This document shows positions 1 through 11,069 of a DNA stretch of 64,000 bases, piece after piece. Under the pieces are notes generated by a model. The model was not told the DNA's origin. It did no database searches and was given only the letters and a program-made list of their open reading frames with translations. Made by a program: the position numbers and the translations under genes. This stretch comes from Squalus acanthias (Eukaryota), in the NCBI GenBank assembly GCA_030390025.1, contig CM059432.1, positions 47,742,001-47,806,000 on the forward strand, read 5' to 3'. Numbering within the stretch: position 1 is the stretch's first letter; every line of letters begins with the position of its first letter.

Positions 1-706
1 CTGATAACAGTCTTCTAGATTATGATGGGTTATTGTCATTTAAAAAAATCTTTCCTATCTTTATTATCCCAAATTATTTTGGTTACTGTATCTTAGATTA
101 CTCTCATGGATGATTCCCAATCCCCCTTATCTTCAAGACTACCTGTTCTTACCATGAGATCTAATTAAGTATTCAGTAACGTGCCCAGGAAACAAACAAG
201 TCTTGTCGAGCAATTGCTTTTAGCTGCTGGACTTATTTTATACCTTTCGTAAGATCTCACTCGTCTTCGAAGCGCAGATCACATTTTAAATTTAAAATGA
301 ACAAGCACATAAGAAAGAATCAGTTAATATAATTATATGTTTTGTAGTAGATAACCTTCCACCTAACTCCTCGAGTGGGCAAAATCATGAAAAGAACTTG
401 GGGTAAAATCCAACTTCGACGGGGGTTTAACAGATCAGCTGCCTGTTATGCACCCCGCCTGATTTTCCTTTGCATTGAAATCAATAGAATTGGGCGGGTC
501 ATATAAAGGGTGGCCGAACTGCTACTGCCCATTTTGTGCCCCCTGCTGAAGTTCAATTATACTTCCGAGAACTCTAACTAAGTTAATCCTTTGTAAATAA
601 CTTTTTATACATACATAGCATTTCTCCTTTCTTTAAAGAAACTGACCGATACTGAATGGTTGTTTCGTTGAGACTGCTGTCTCCTCTTGTGGAATTTTCA
701 AATTAC

Positions 707-1659
707 CTTCTGATTGAAAAAGTGTTTTATGTCCCGAACAAGAGTAACCAGAATTTCCTGGATTTTGATTATCTGGTTTCTCCACTTCAAAAGGGAATTG
801 TCAGTCCAATACAGAGAACTGAACCTGAGACCAATTGCTTCTTATGGATAAGTTACCCACATGAAGCAGCAGGGGAGCCTAAGATTGGATGTTACAGTTC
901 ATGGCTGGGCCTTTCCACTTCTGTGCTTACCAGCTTGCGATTTTCTTGTTCAAGAAAATGAATAAACCAAAAATCATGAACTGGAGAGAGCACAAGCAGA
1001 AAACACTGAATTATATGTAAAGTCTGGTGGAAATCAGGAAACAACACTCAAAATGTCTTTTTTAATCTACATAGAGGCCCTGAAATTACGCTGAGGGATA
1101 ATAGTGTATGAACACTTTTCATGTACACCGTGTGGAACCCCCTCCCTACAGCGATCCACTTCTCTTCTCTCTCTGCCTTTCAAAAATTCTCAGAACTCAT
1201 CTTTTCCACCAAGCTTTCAGTCATCACCCATAATCTCTCCATCCATAGCTTGGTGTCCATTCCATTATCTATTTTTTTCTCTCCCCTCTCCCTTTGTAAA
1301 GCACTTGAAACAGTCCTACATTAAAAGGTGTTATATAAATGCAAGTTGTTATTGTATGTCTGAAATTATTTTGTCCACTATTTTAGTCAGGTGTTAATTC
1401 ATTTATTTTAAAAGGACTTACCGTCACTACTGAAACAGCAGACAAAGGATTTTCAGGATAAAATGTTCATAAAGTATCCAACATTGTAATTTCAAGGCCA
1501 CAGATTTTTGAATCCATAAATTGTAACGTGAGCATATGCTGCAAAGTTTGAATTGTTAAATTATATGAAGGGCTGAGGAGTTTCAAGACTGACATTTACC
1601 CTCATATAACCAAATGATAGTTGTTCCACAGTTTGCCGATGTAGGAATGCATCTCAGTC
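707..1659 (-). CDS. Candidate internal exons of an unidentified gene (1600-1659, 1422-1429, 931-980, 707-824)
   Basis: All four segments are bounded by AG/GT on the minus strand (donors GTAAAT, GTAAGT, GTAAGC, GTAATT). Their phases chain into one open frame, LRCIPTSANCGTTIIWLYE-VVT-FMIFGLFIFLNKKIASW-FSSLYW...HFFNQK. No homology recognised. Confidence 0.3.
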
Positions 1660-1920
1660 CTGCAAAACCTAAGCCATTTGTGTTATATAATTATATGATA
1701 TTCTGAACTGTTATCAGCAATACGACAATTATTTGGACTGGAGTATGAATGATTTTAGTTGATACGAGATTTAATCTTTGTTTGGGATGATGACATCATG
1801 CTCCTGGTGCTGAAATGGGATGGTAAAGATTAGTGTGGGACAATTGAGCTGGATTCTCCTCCCATTGGTGGGTTAGCAGCGTGTTGGTCCTAACACTTGC
1901 CAATGTGAAACTGCCGCTAA

Positions 1921-2976
1921 CATGATGATACTAAGATGGGAGGGAAAGTAGTGAGTGAGGAGGACATAAAAAATCTGCAAGGGGACATAGACAGGCTAAG
2001 TAAGTGGGCAGAGATTTGGCAGATGGAATACAATACTGGAAAGTGTGAGGTTATGCACTTTGGCAGGAAAAATAGTAGAGCAAGTTATTATCTTAATGGT
2101 AAGAAATTGGAAAGTACTGAAGTACAAAGGGATCTGGGGGTCCTGGTGCACGAAACTCAAAAGGTTAGTATGCAGGTGCAGCAAGTGATTAAGAAGGCCA
2201 ATGGAATGTTGGCTTTCATTGCTAGGGGGATAGAATATAAAAATAGGGAGGTATTGCTTCAGTTGTACAAGGTATTGGTGAGACCGCACCTGGAATACTG
2301 CATACAGTTTTGGTGTCCATACTTAAGAAAAGACATACTTGCTCTCGAGTCAGTACAAAGAAGGTTCACTCGGTTAATCCCGGGGATGAGGGGATGGACA
2401 TATGAGGAGAGGTTGGGTAGATTGGGACTCTACTCATTGGAGTTCAGAAGAATGAGAGGCGATCTTATTGAAACATATAAGATTGTGAAGGGGTTGGATC
2501 GGGTGGATGCGGGGAGGATGTTCCCGATGATGGGTGAAACTAGAACTAGGGGGCATAGTCTTAGAATAAGGGGCTGCTCTTTCAAAACTGAGATGAGAAG
2601 GAACTATTTCACTCAGAGGGTGGTAGGTCCATGGAATATGCTGCCCCAAAAAGCTACATCATTACATAAATTTAAAACAGAAATAGACAGTTTCCTAGAA
2701 GTAAAGGGAATTAAGGGTTACGGGGAGCGGGCAGGAATTTGGACATGAGTCTAGGTTCGGATTGGTCATGGCCCTGTGGGTAGCGCAGCGGGCCCAGGGG
2801 CCATGTAGCCTGATCCTGCTCCTATTTCGTTTGTCCAATTCTGTTAGGTTCAGGAGATGGTTCTGTGATAGTAGATTGGCGGTTAGGATCAGATCAGCCA
2901 TGATCTTATTGAATGGCGGAGCAGGCTCGAGGGGCCAATTGGCCTACTCCTGCTCCTATTTCTTATGTTCTTATGC
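1921..2976 (+). mobile_element. CR1 LINE, 5'-truncated (RT C-terminus and 3' UTR)
   Basis: ORF 1936-2748 has CR1 motifs (WQMEYNTGKCEVMHFG, LVRPHLEYCIQFW, TRGHSLRI). It ends in the CR1 tail cctatttcttatgttcttatg. Confidence 0.95.
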
Positions 2977-3129
2977 CACAATTTCCTCCCTCAGTAACCA
3001 TTCAGGGAAGTGTGGAGAACAGAAAACTGACCCTCAATGGCTTACCACCTCTGGGAAGGAGGGAAATACAATTCTAGTGCAGCCTTTAAAAGGCTGCAGC
3101 CAGTTTAAGGACAACATCACGTATCAGCA

Positions 3130-3375
3130 AGATGGCAGAAGGAGCAGCAGCCTTGGCGTGTCAGTAGCTGGAAGGACCCCCAGATTTTCCTATGCATCTG
3201 TGAAGGTATTGCTGGTAGAATTGAGAGCCATGAGGGACCGTCTGATGGGCACTGAAGACATGAAACCCCATAAGAGAGTGGTGCAAGTTCTCTGGTGGGA
3301 CGTGGCAGAGGCAGTCAATGCAACCTCCACCACCCAAGAACTGAAAGAGATTCAATAACCTCACAAAGGTGACCA
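3130..3375 (+). pseudogene. Harbinger Myb/SANT-like DNA-binding gene remnant
   Basis: Translation GRTPRFSYASVKVLLVELRAMRDRL...WWDVAEAVNA resembles the Myb-like remnant at 44430-44703. Confidence 0.6.
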
Positions 3376-6300
3376 AAGTCAGGCTCTGGTGCCATTACAT
3401 GTTGTCTACCACTCAGACAGCTTCACTCACCTCTTTATCTATTTCACTCAGCACCAGGGTGTTAGAGAAACTCACTTCAGCAAAGGGTTACCTTTCCAAA
3501 CTCTCAAGTACTTCTTTACTCAAAGCCACTCTCTCAACTCACTTTGCCTGCCACAAAGATTTTTCATGCACACTTCACATAGAGGGCCAAGGCATCTTCA
3601 CCTCTCATCATCAAGGGATCCATGACAGTCACAGTTCTGTAACATTGTCTTCTCTCCCCTCCCTCCAAAGTGTAAAAGAGTACAACCAGTGCCACAGAAG
3701 GATAACCAGTAGAAGACAACTATCACTGAAAACCCAAATCAACAGGAAAAGGAGGCTTAATATGCAGATGGACAGGAGAGCCTGTAGGAGAGGGCAAGTC
3801 TGGAAGTGAGATGGCAAGAGAATGTTGGCAAAGGCTGGGCAAGGCTCAACATATGTAGTTTCAGTTTCATGTCCTTTCTCAAAGTATTGTAATTCCTTTA
3901 CACTCACCCACTATTTCCTCAAGGGCAAGTGTCATGTTATGCACAGCTAAATAAGCTCTTCTGTCTTTCACATCATAGGAGATGTCTTGGAGGAAGAGGT
4001 CAGCCATTCCAGTGGGCACTCCAGAGTGAGATCCACAGTTGCTGTCATGTCCTCAACAACTTTGTCCTGGCATCTTAACTGTGCCAGCATCAGCACAGAG
4101 GCACCCATTTGCGAGGAATTAGTTAGACAGTCAGAAGAGTTGTCACTGAACACTAGTTAGGATGAGGGCCTGGGAGTGGAAGAGAAGGAGAATGCTGATG
4201 AGCCTAGGGACCCAGACCCTGGGGGTCCAGTCTTCAAAAGAACTATGATTTGGGAGCATTGATCTCATGTGCAGGTAGTGGAGACAGTTTCAGTACCAAC
4301 TGGAATTTTGCAAAATGAAGATAAAAATGGTCCCTATGAGTCCTGAACAGCGACCTAAATATTAGGGGTAAGTGAGGTGGATTCATTTTTTTTTCATCTG
4401 CCTTCTTATGTTCTTTATTAACAAATACCATAGTATGAGAAAATATCTATGGCATTTCATTATTTTGACATAAACAATGTTATTAGTACATTCTATTCTC
4501 AGTTGAAATATAATCATGCTCATTAATTTTAACGTCAACTGTAACAGGAATGTGGGGTGTAGGTTGATCATGCACAGAATGAAAATTGATTCATTATGCA
4601 CACACCCACTAAGAGATTAATTTATTGAAACAAAAAGTTCCATTTTTATTCAATGCAATAACATGCTGCAAAGACCTGTCATCTAAAGCCAAGTTAAATG
4701 TTATTATGGAGTCACACGAAGTACCACATTCAACACAATGAACTTTCTCTTTACTTGAATAATAAATTATTGACAGCAATATAAAGAAAGACCAGTTAGG
4801 GTCATATCTACACAACGAAACTGAAAAAAATACATACTTAGGCTAAGGGAGTAAGGTAAAGTCAGAAAATAACTTAGTAAAAAAGGATGAAAACTGGACA
4901 TGTATATCCTCATTTAAGAACGTAAGAAGTAGAAGCAGGTGTAGGCTATTCGGCCCCTCGAGCATGCTGCATTCAATAACATCATGGCTGATCTTCTACC
5001 TCAACTCCACTTCCCTGCGCTATCCTCATATCCCTTGATTCCCTTAATATCTAAAAATCTATCGATCTCTCTGTCTTGAATATACTCAACGACTGACACT
5101 CCACAGCACTCTGGTGTAGAGAATTCCAAAGATTCACCACCCTCTGAGAGAAGAAATTTCTCCTCATCTCAGTCCTAAATGGCTGACCCCTTAGTCTGAG
5201 ACTGTGACCCCTGATTCTAGACTCTCCAGCCAGGGGAAACATCCTCCCTGCATCTACCCTGTCCAGCCCTGTAAGAATTTTGCATGTTTCAATGAGATCA
5301 CCTCTCATTCTTCCAAACTCTCGAATATAGGCTGAGTCTACTCAATCTCTCCTCTAAGCATAACCCCCCAACCCAGGAACCAGTCTGGTGAATTTTTGTT
5401 GCACTCCCTCTATGACAAGTATATCCTTCCTTAGGTAAGGAGACCAAAACTGTACATAATACACCAGGTGTGGTTTCATCAGGGCCCTATATAATTGCAG
5501 TAAGACGTCTTTACTCTTATACTCAAATCCTCTTGTAATAAAGGCCAACATACCATTTGCTTTCCTAATTGCTTGCTGTACCTGCATGTTAACTTTCAGT
5601 GATTCGTGTACAAGAACACCCAGGTCCCTCTGAACACCAACATTTTCCAAACTCTCACCATTAAAAAAATACTCTGCTTCTCTATTTTTCCTACCAAAAT
5701 GGATAGCTTTTCATTTCTCCACATTATATTCCATTTGCCATGTTCTTGCCCACTCACTTAGCTTGTCTATATCCCCTTGAAGCCTCTTTGCATCCTCCTC
5801 ACAACTTACATTCCCACCCAGCTTTGTATCATCAGCATCCTCATCCAAAACATTGATATAGATTGTGAATAGCTGAGGCCCAAGCACTGATCCTTGCGGT
5901 ACCCCACTAGTTACAGCCTGCCAACCCAAAAATGACGCGTTTATTCCTACTCTCTGTGTTCTGTCCGTTAACCAATCCTCAATCCATGCTAGTATATTAC
6001 CCCCAATCCCATGAGCCCTAATTTTGTTTAATAACCTCTTGTGTGGCACCTTATCAAATGCCTTCTGAAAATCCAAATACACCACATCCACTGGTTCCCC
6101 CTTATCTATTCTGCTAGTTACAACCTCAAAAAACTCTAACAGATTCATCAAACATAATTTCCCTTTCATAAATCCGTGTTGACTCTGCCCAATCCTATTA
6201 TTATTTTCTAAGTGCCCTGTTACCACATCCTTAATAATAGATTCTAGCATTTTCCCTACTACTGATGTCAGGCTAACTGGTCTGTAGTTCCATGTTTTCT

Positions 6301-6650
6301 CTCTCCCTCCTTTCTTAAATAGTGGGGTTACATTTGCTACCTTCCAATCCATGGAAACCATTCTAGAATCTATGGAATTTTGGAAAATGACAACCAATGC
6401 ATCCACTATCTCTATAGCCACCTCTTTCAAAACTCTAGGATGTAGGCCATCAGGTCCAGAGGATTTATTGGCTTTCAGTCCCATTAATTTCTCCAGTACT
6501 ATTTTTTTACTAATACTAATTTCTTTCAGTTCCTCATTCTCGTTGGACCCTTCGTTCTCCACTATTTCCGGGAATTTTTTTACGTCTTCTTTCGTGAAGA
6601 CAGACACAAAGGCCACGATTTTTCGGTTCGAGCTACCTTAAAGGAATGTA

Positions 6651-8805
6651 CGATAGCAAAATACTGCGGATGCTGGAAATCTGAAATAACAACAGAAAAC
6701 GCTGGAAAAACTCAGCAGGCCAGGCAGCATCCGTGGAGAGAGAAAGAGAGTTAACGTATCAGGTCGATGACCTTTCGTTAGAACTGTGAAGAGCCGGAAA
6801 TCAAATAGATTTAAGGCCAGAGTAAAGCTGGGAAAAGGGGGGAGGGGATAAAAGAACAAAGGGGGAGATGAAGAGACATTAAGAGACATTAAGAGATATG
6901 CAAGGCTAGAGGTGGTGTTAATGTGACAGATTAAGGCTGAAAGAAGTGTGAAATCCACTGGCAGAATGAAGGACAGCTGCTAGCTTCTAGGAGGAAAAAA
7001 AAGGTGGGGGGGGGGGCAAATAAAAGGGTGGAAAAAATAAAATATAAATGTGATTGGAGCTGAGGTTATGATCTAAAATTGTTGAACTCGATATTGAGTC
7101 CAGAGGGCTGTAGCGTGCCTAAACGAAAGATGAGGTGCTGTTCCTCGAGCTTACGCTGCGCTTCCGTGGAACAGTGTAATAGGCCGAGGACGGTGAGGTC
7201 AGAGTGGGAGTGAAGCGGTGAATTAAAGTGACAGGCCACCGGGAGCTCGGGGTCCCCCTTACGGACTGAACGGAGGTGTTCCGCAAAGCGGTCACCCAAT
7301 CTGCGTTTGGTCTCCCCAATGTAGAGGAGACCACATCGTGAGCAGCGAATACAGTATACTAAATTGCAGGAAGTACAAGTAAATCGCTGTTTCACCTGGA
7401 AGGGGTGTTTGGGGCCCTGGACAGTGGGAAGAGGGGAGGTGTAAGGGCATGTGTTGCATCTCCTGCGCGTGCACGGGAAGGTGCCGGGCGAAGGGGAAGG
7501 GGTGCTGGGGGTGGTAGAGGAGTGGACTAGGGTGTCGTGGAGGGAGCGGTCCCTGCGGAATGCTGAAAGGGGAGGTGAGGGGAAGATGTGTTTGGTGGTG
7601 GGATCACGCTGGAGGTGGCGGAAATGGCGGAGGATGATCCGTTGAATGTGGAGGCTGGTGGGGTGAAAGGTGAGGACAAGGGGAACCCTATCGTGGTTCC
7701 GGGAGGGAGGGGCAGGGGTGAGGGCAGAAGTGCGGGAGATAGAACGGACACGGTCGAGGGCCGTGTCGACCACGGTAGAGGGGAATCCTCGGTTGAGGAA
7801 AAAGGAAGACATGTCGGAAGCACTGGTATGGAAGTTGGCATCATCAGAGCAGATGCGGCGGAGACGGAGAAACTGGGAGAATGGAATAGAGTCCTTACAG
7901 GAGGCGTGGTGGGAGGAAGTGTAGTCCAGGTAGCTGTGGGAGTCAGTGGGCTTGTAGTGAATGTTAGTCAATAACCTATCCCCAGAGATGGAGATGGAGA
8001 AGTCGAGGAAGGGAAGGGAAGAGTCGGAGATGGACCATGTGAAGGTGAGGGAAGGGTGGAAATTGGAAGCATAGTGAATGAAATGTTCTAGTTCAGGGCG
8101 AGAGCAGGAGACGGCACCGATACAGTCATCAATGTACCGGAAAAAGAGGTGAGGGAGGGGACCCGAGTAGGACTGGAACAAAGAGTGTTTCACATATCCC
8201 ACGAAAAGGCAGGCATAGCTAGGACCCATGCGGGTACCCATAGCAACACCTTTAATTTGGAGGAAATGGGTAGAGTCAAAGGAGAAGTTGTTCAATGTGA
8301 GAACAAGTTCAGCCAGGCGGAGGAGGGTGGTGGTGGATGGGGACTGGTTGGGCCTCTGTTCAAGGAAGAAGCGGAGCGCCCTCAGGCCATCCTGGTGGGG
8401 AATGGAGGTGTAGAGGGATTGTACGTCCATAGTGAAGAGGAGACGGTTGGGGCCGGGAAACTGGAAACTGTTAAAATGGCGGAGGGCATCGGAAGAGTCG
8501 CGGATGTAGGTGGGAAGAGACTGGACAAGGGGAGAAAAAATAGAGTCGAGATAGGAAGAGATAAGTTCCGTGGGGCAAGAACAGGCTGAAACGATGGGTC
8601 TACCGGGGCAGTCCTGTTTGTGGATCTTGGGATGGAGGTAGAAGCGGGCTGTGCGCGGTTGGGGAACTATGAGGTTGGCGGCCGTGGGGGGAAGATCTCC
8701 AGAGGAGATGAGGTCAGTGATGGTCTTGGACACGGTGGCTTGATGTTCAGTAGTGGGGTCATGGTCCAGGTGGAGGTAGGAGGAGGTGTCAGAGAGTTGG
8801 CGTTC
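6651..8805 (-). mobile_element. Penelope-like retroelement, left arm (5'-truncated)
   Basis: RT motifs PKIHK/GRPIVS, MDVQSLYTSIP, GVAMGT, RYIDD and FLD; Cys/His linker; GIY-YIG (LVYCIRC..LYIGET). 3' UTR/pLTR runs to 6651. Confidence 0.95.
6749..6785 (-). ncRNA. Hammerhead ribozyme motif, core-mutated copy
   Basis: Reverse complement reads agtt-CTAACGA-a-AGGTC-atc-GACCT-GATAC-GTT-aact, i.e. CUGA>CUAA and GAAA>GAUA. Confidence 0.7.
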
Positions 8806-8919
8806 CCCATCCACCACCACCCTCCTCCGCCTGGCTGAACTTGTTCTCACATTGAACAACTTCTCCTTTGACTCTACCCATTTCCTCCAAATTAAAGGTG
8901 TTGCTATGGGTACCCGCAT
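7066..8919 (-). CDS. PLE reverse transcriptase + GIY-YIG endonuclease ORF (617 aa; first ~38 aa come from the antisense of the opposite arm)
   Basis: Uninterrupted ORF in the track. Genuine PLE sequence starts at ERQLSDTSSY (~8805). Confidence 0.85.
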   Translation of the reverse strand: MRVPIATPLIWRKWVESKEKLFNVRTSSARRRRVVVDGERQLSDTSSYLHLDHDPTTEHQATVSKTITDLISSGDLPPTAANLIVPQPRTARFYLHPKIHKQDCPGRPIVSACSCPTELISSYLDSIFSPLVQSLPTYIRDSSDALRHFNSFQFPGPNRLLFTMDVQSLYTSIPHQDGLRALRFFLEQRPNQSPSTTTLLRLAELVLTLNNFSFDSTHFLQIKGVAMGTRMGPSYACLFVGYVKHSLFQSYSGPLPHLFFRYIDDCIGAVSCSRPELEHFIHYASNFHPSLTFTWSISDSSLPFLDFSISISGDRLLTNIHYKPTDSHSYLDYTSSHHASCKDSIPFSQFLRLRRICSDDANFHTSASDMSSFFLNRGFPSTVVDTALDRVRSISRTSALTPAPPSRNHDRVPLVLTFHPTSLHIQRIILRHFRHLQRDPTTKHIFPSPPLSAFRRDRSLHDTLVHSSTTPSTPSPSPGTFPCTRRRCNTCPYTSPLPTVQGPKHPFQVKQRFTCTSCNLVYCIRCSRCGLLYIGETKRRLGDRFAEHLRSVRKGDPELPVACHFNSPLHSHSDLTVLGLLHCSTEAQRKLEEQHLIFRLGTLQPSGLNIEFNNFRS

Positions 8920-10460
8920 GGGTCCTAGCTATGCCTGCCTTTTCGTGGGATATGTGGAACACTCTTTGTTCCAGTCCTACTCGGGTCCCCTCCCTCACCT
9001 CTTTTTCCAGTACATTGATGACTGTATCGGTGCCGTCTCCTGCTCTCGCCCTGAACTAGAACATTTCATTCACTATGCTTCCAATTTCCACCCTTCCCTC
9101 ACCTTCACATGGTCCATCTCCGACTCTTCCCTTCCCTTCCTCGACTTCTCCATCTCCATCTCTGGGGATAGGTTATTGACTAACATTCACTACAAGCCCA
9201 CTGACTCCCACAGCTACCTGGACTACACTTCCTCCCACCCCGCCTCCTGTAAGGACTCTATTCCATTCTCCCAGTTTCTCCGTCTCCGCCGCATCTGCTC
9301 TGATGATGCCACCTTCCATACCAGTGCTTCCGACATGTCTTCCTTTTTCCTCAACCGAGGATTCCCCTCTACCGTGGTCGACACGGCCCTCGACCGTGTC
9401 CGTTCTATCTCCCGCACTTCTGCCCTCACCCCTGCCCCTCCCTCCCGGAACCACGATAGGGTTCCCCTTGTCCTCACCTTTCACCCCACCAGCCTCCACA
9501 TTCAACGGATCATCCTCCGCCATTTCCGCCACCTCCAGCGTGATCCCACCACCAAACACATCTTCCCCTCACCTCCCCTTTCAGCATTCCGCAGGGACCG
9601 CTCCCTCCGCGACACCCTAGCCCACTCCTCTACCACCCCCAGCACCCCTTCCCCTTCGCCCGGCACCTTCCCGTGCACGCGCAGGAGATGCAACACATGC
9701 CCTTACACCTCCCCTCTTCCCACTGTCCAGGGCCCCAAACACCCCTTCCAGGTGAAACAGCGATTTACTTGTACTTCCTGCAATTTAGTATACTGTATTC
9801 GCTGCTCACGATGTGGTCTCCTCTACATTGGGGAGACCAAACGCAGATTGGGTGACCGCTTTGCGGAACACCTCCGTTCAGTCCGTAAGGGGGACCCCGA
9901 GCTCCCGGTGGCCTGTCACTTTAATTCACCGCTTCACTCCCACTCTGACCTCACCGTCCTCGGCCTATTACACTGTTCCACGGAAGCGCAGCGTAAGCTC
10001 GAGGAACAGCACCTCATCTTTCGTTTAGGCACGCTACAGCCCTCTGGACTCAATATCGAGTTCAACAATTTTAGATCATAACCTCAGCTCCAATCACATT
10101 TATATTTTATTTTTTCCACCCTTTTATTTGCCCCCCCCCACCTTTCTTTTCCTCCTAGAAGCTGGCAGCTGTCCTTCATTCTGCCAGTGGATTTCACACT
10201 TCTTTCAGCCTTAATCTGTCACATTAACACCACCTCTAGCCTTGCATATCTCTTAATGTCTCTTAATGTCTCTTCATCTCCCCCTTTGTTCTTTTATCCC
10301 CTCCCCCCTTTTCCCAGCTTTACTCTGGCCTTAAATCTATTTGATTTCCGGCTCTTCACAGTTCTGACGAAAGGTCATCGACCTGAAACGTTAACTCTCT
10401 TTCTCTCTCCACGGATGCTGCCTGGCCTGCTGAGTTTTTCCAGCGTTTTCTGTTGTTATT
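8804..10460 (+). mobile_element. Penelope-like retroelement, right arm (inverted copy of 6685-8343)
   Basis: ORF 8786-10081 differs from the left-arm protein at only about 6 residues. The 3' UTR is the reverse complement of the left-arm UTR. Confidence 0.95.
10360..10396 (+). ncRNA. Minimal type-I hammerhead ribozyme motif in the PLE pLTR
   Basis: agtt-CTGACGA-a-AGGTC-atc-GACCT-GAAAC-GTT-aact: intact CUGANGA and GAAA core, 5-bp helix II, palindromic ACGT helix III, helix I agtt/aact. Minimal hammerheads are an established feature of PLE pLTRs. Confidence 0.75.
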
Positions 10461-11069
10461 AAAGGAATGTATATTTGTTGTAAATTATGTATTGATTCTT
10501 TAAATGCTAGCCATTGCTTCTCTACCATCATAACTTTTAATGTAGTTTCCCAATGTGCCTTAGCCAACACGCCCCTCATACCTACATAGTTTGCTTTGTT
10601 TAGATTTAAGACTCTAGTTTCGGATTTAACTAAATCACTTTCAAACTCAATATAAAATTCTATCATATTATGGTCACTCTTCCCTAAAGGCCCCTTTCCT
10701 ACAAGGTTATTAATTAACCGTTTCTCGTTGCACAATACTAGATCTATAATAGCCTGTTCCCTAGTTGGTTTCTCAACATACTGATCTAGAAAACTATCTT
10801 GCATACATTCCATGAATTTGTCCTCCACACTATTATTGCAAATTTGGTTTGCCCAGTCTATATGTAGATTAAAGTCCCCCATGATTACTGTATTACCCTT
10901 GTTACATGCACCTCTAATTTCCTGATTTATACTCTGCCCTACATTACAACTACTGTTTGGGGGCCTATAAACAACTCCCACCAATGTTTTCTGCCCCTTG
11001 CTATTTCTTAGCTCCACCCAAACTGATTCTACTTCTTGATTTTCGGAGCTAAGATCCTTTCTCTCTACT

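Noticed and set aside
150..300. Further minus-strand exon (SALRRRVRSYE...)
   Set aside because: A donor-like site is present but there is no convincing AG acceptor.
656..961. Plus-strand 101-aa ORF as a gene
   Set aside because: No recognisable motif, and the splice signals here favour the opposite strand.
7119..10028. Many short overlapping ORFs in mirror-image pairs
   Set aside because: These are alternative frames and antisense shadows of the GC-rich PLE arms.
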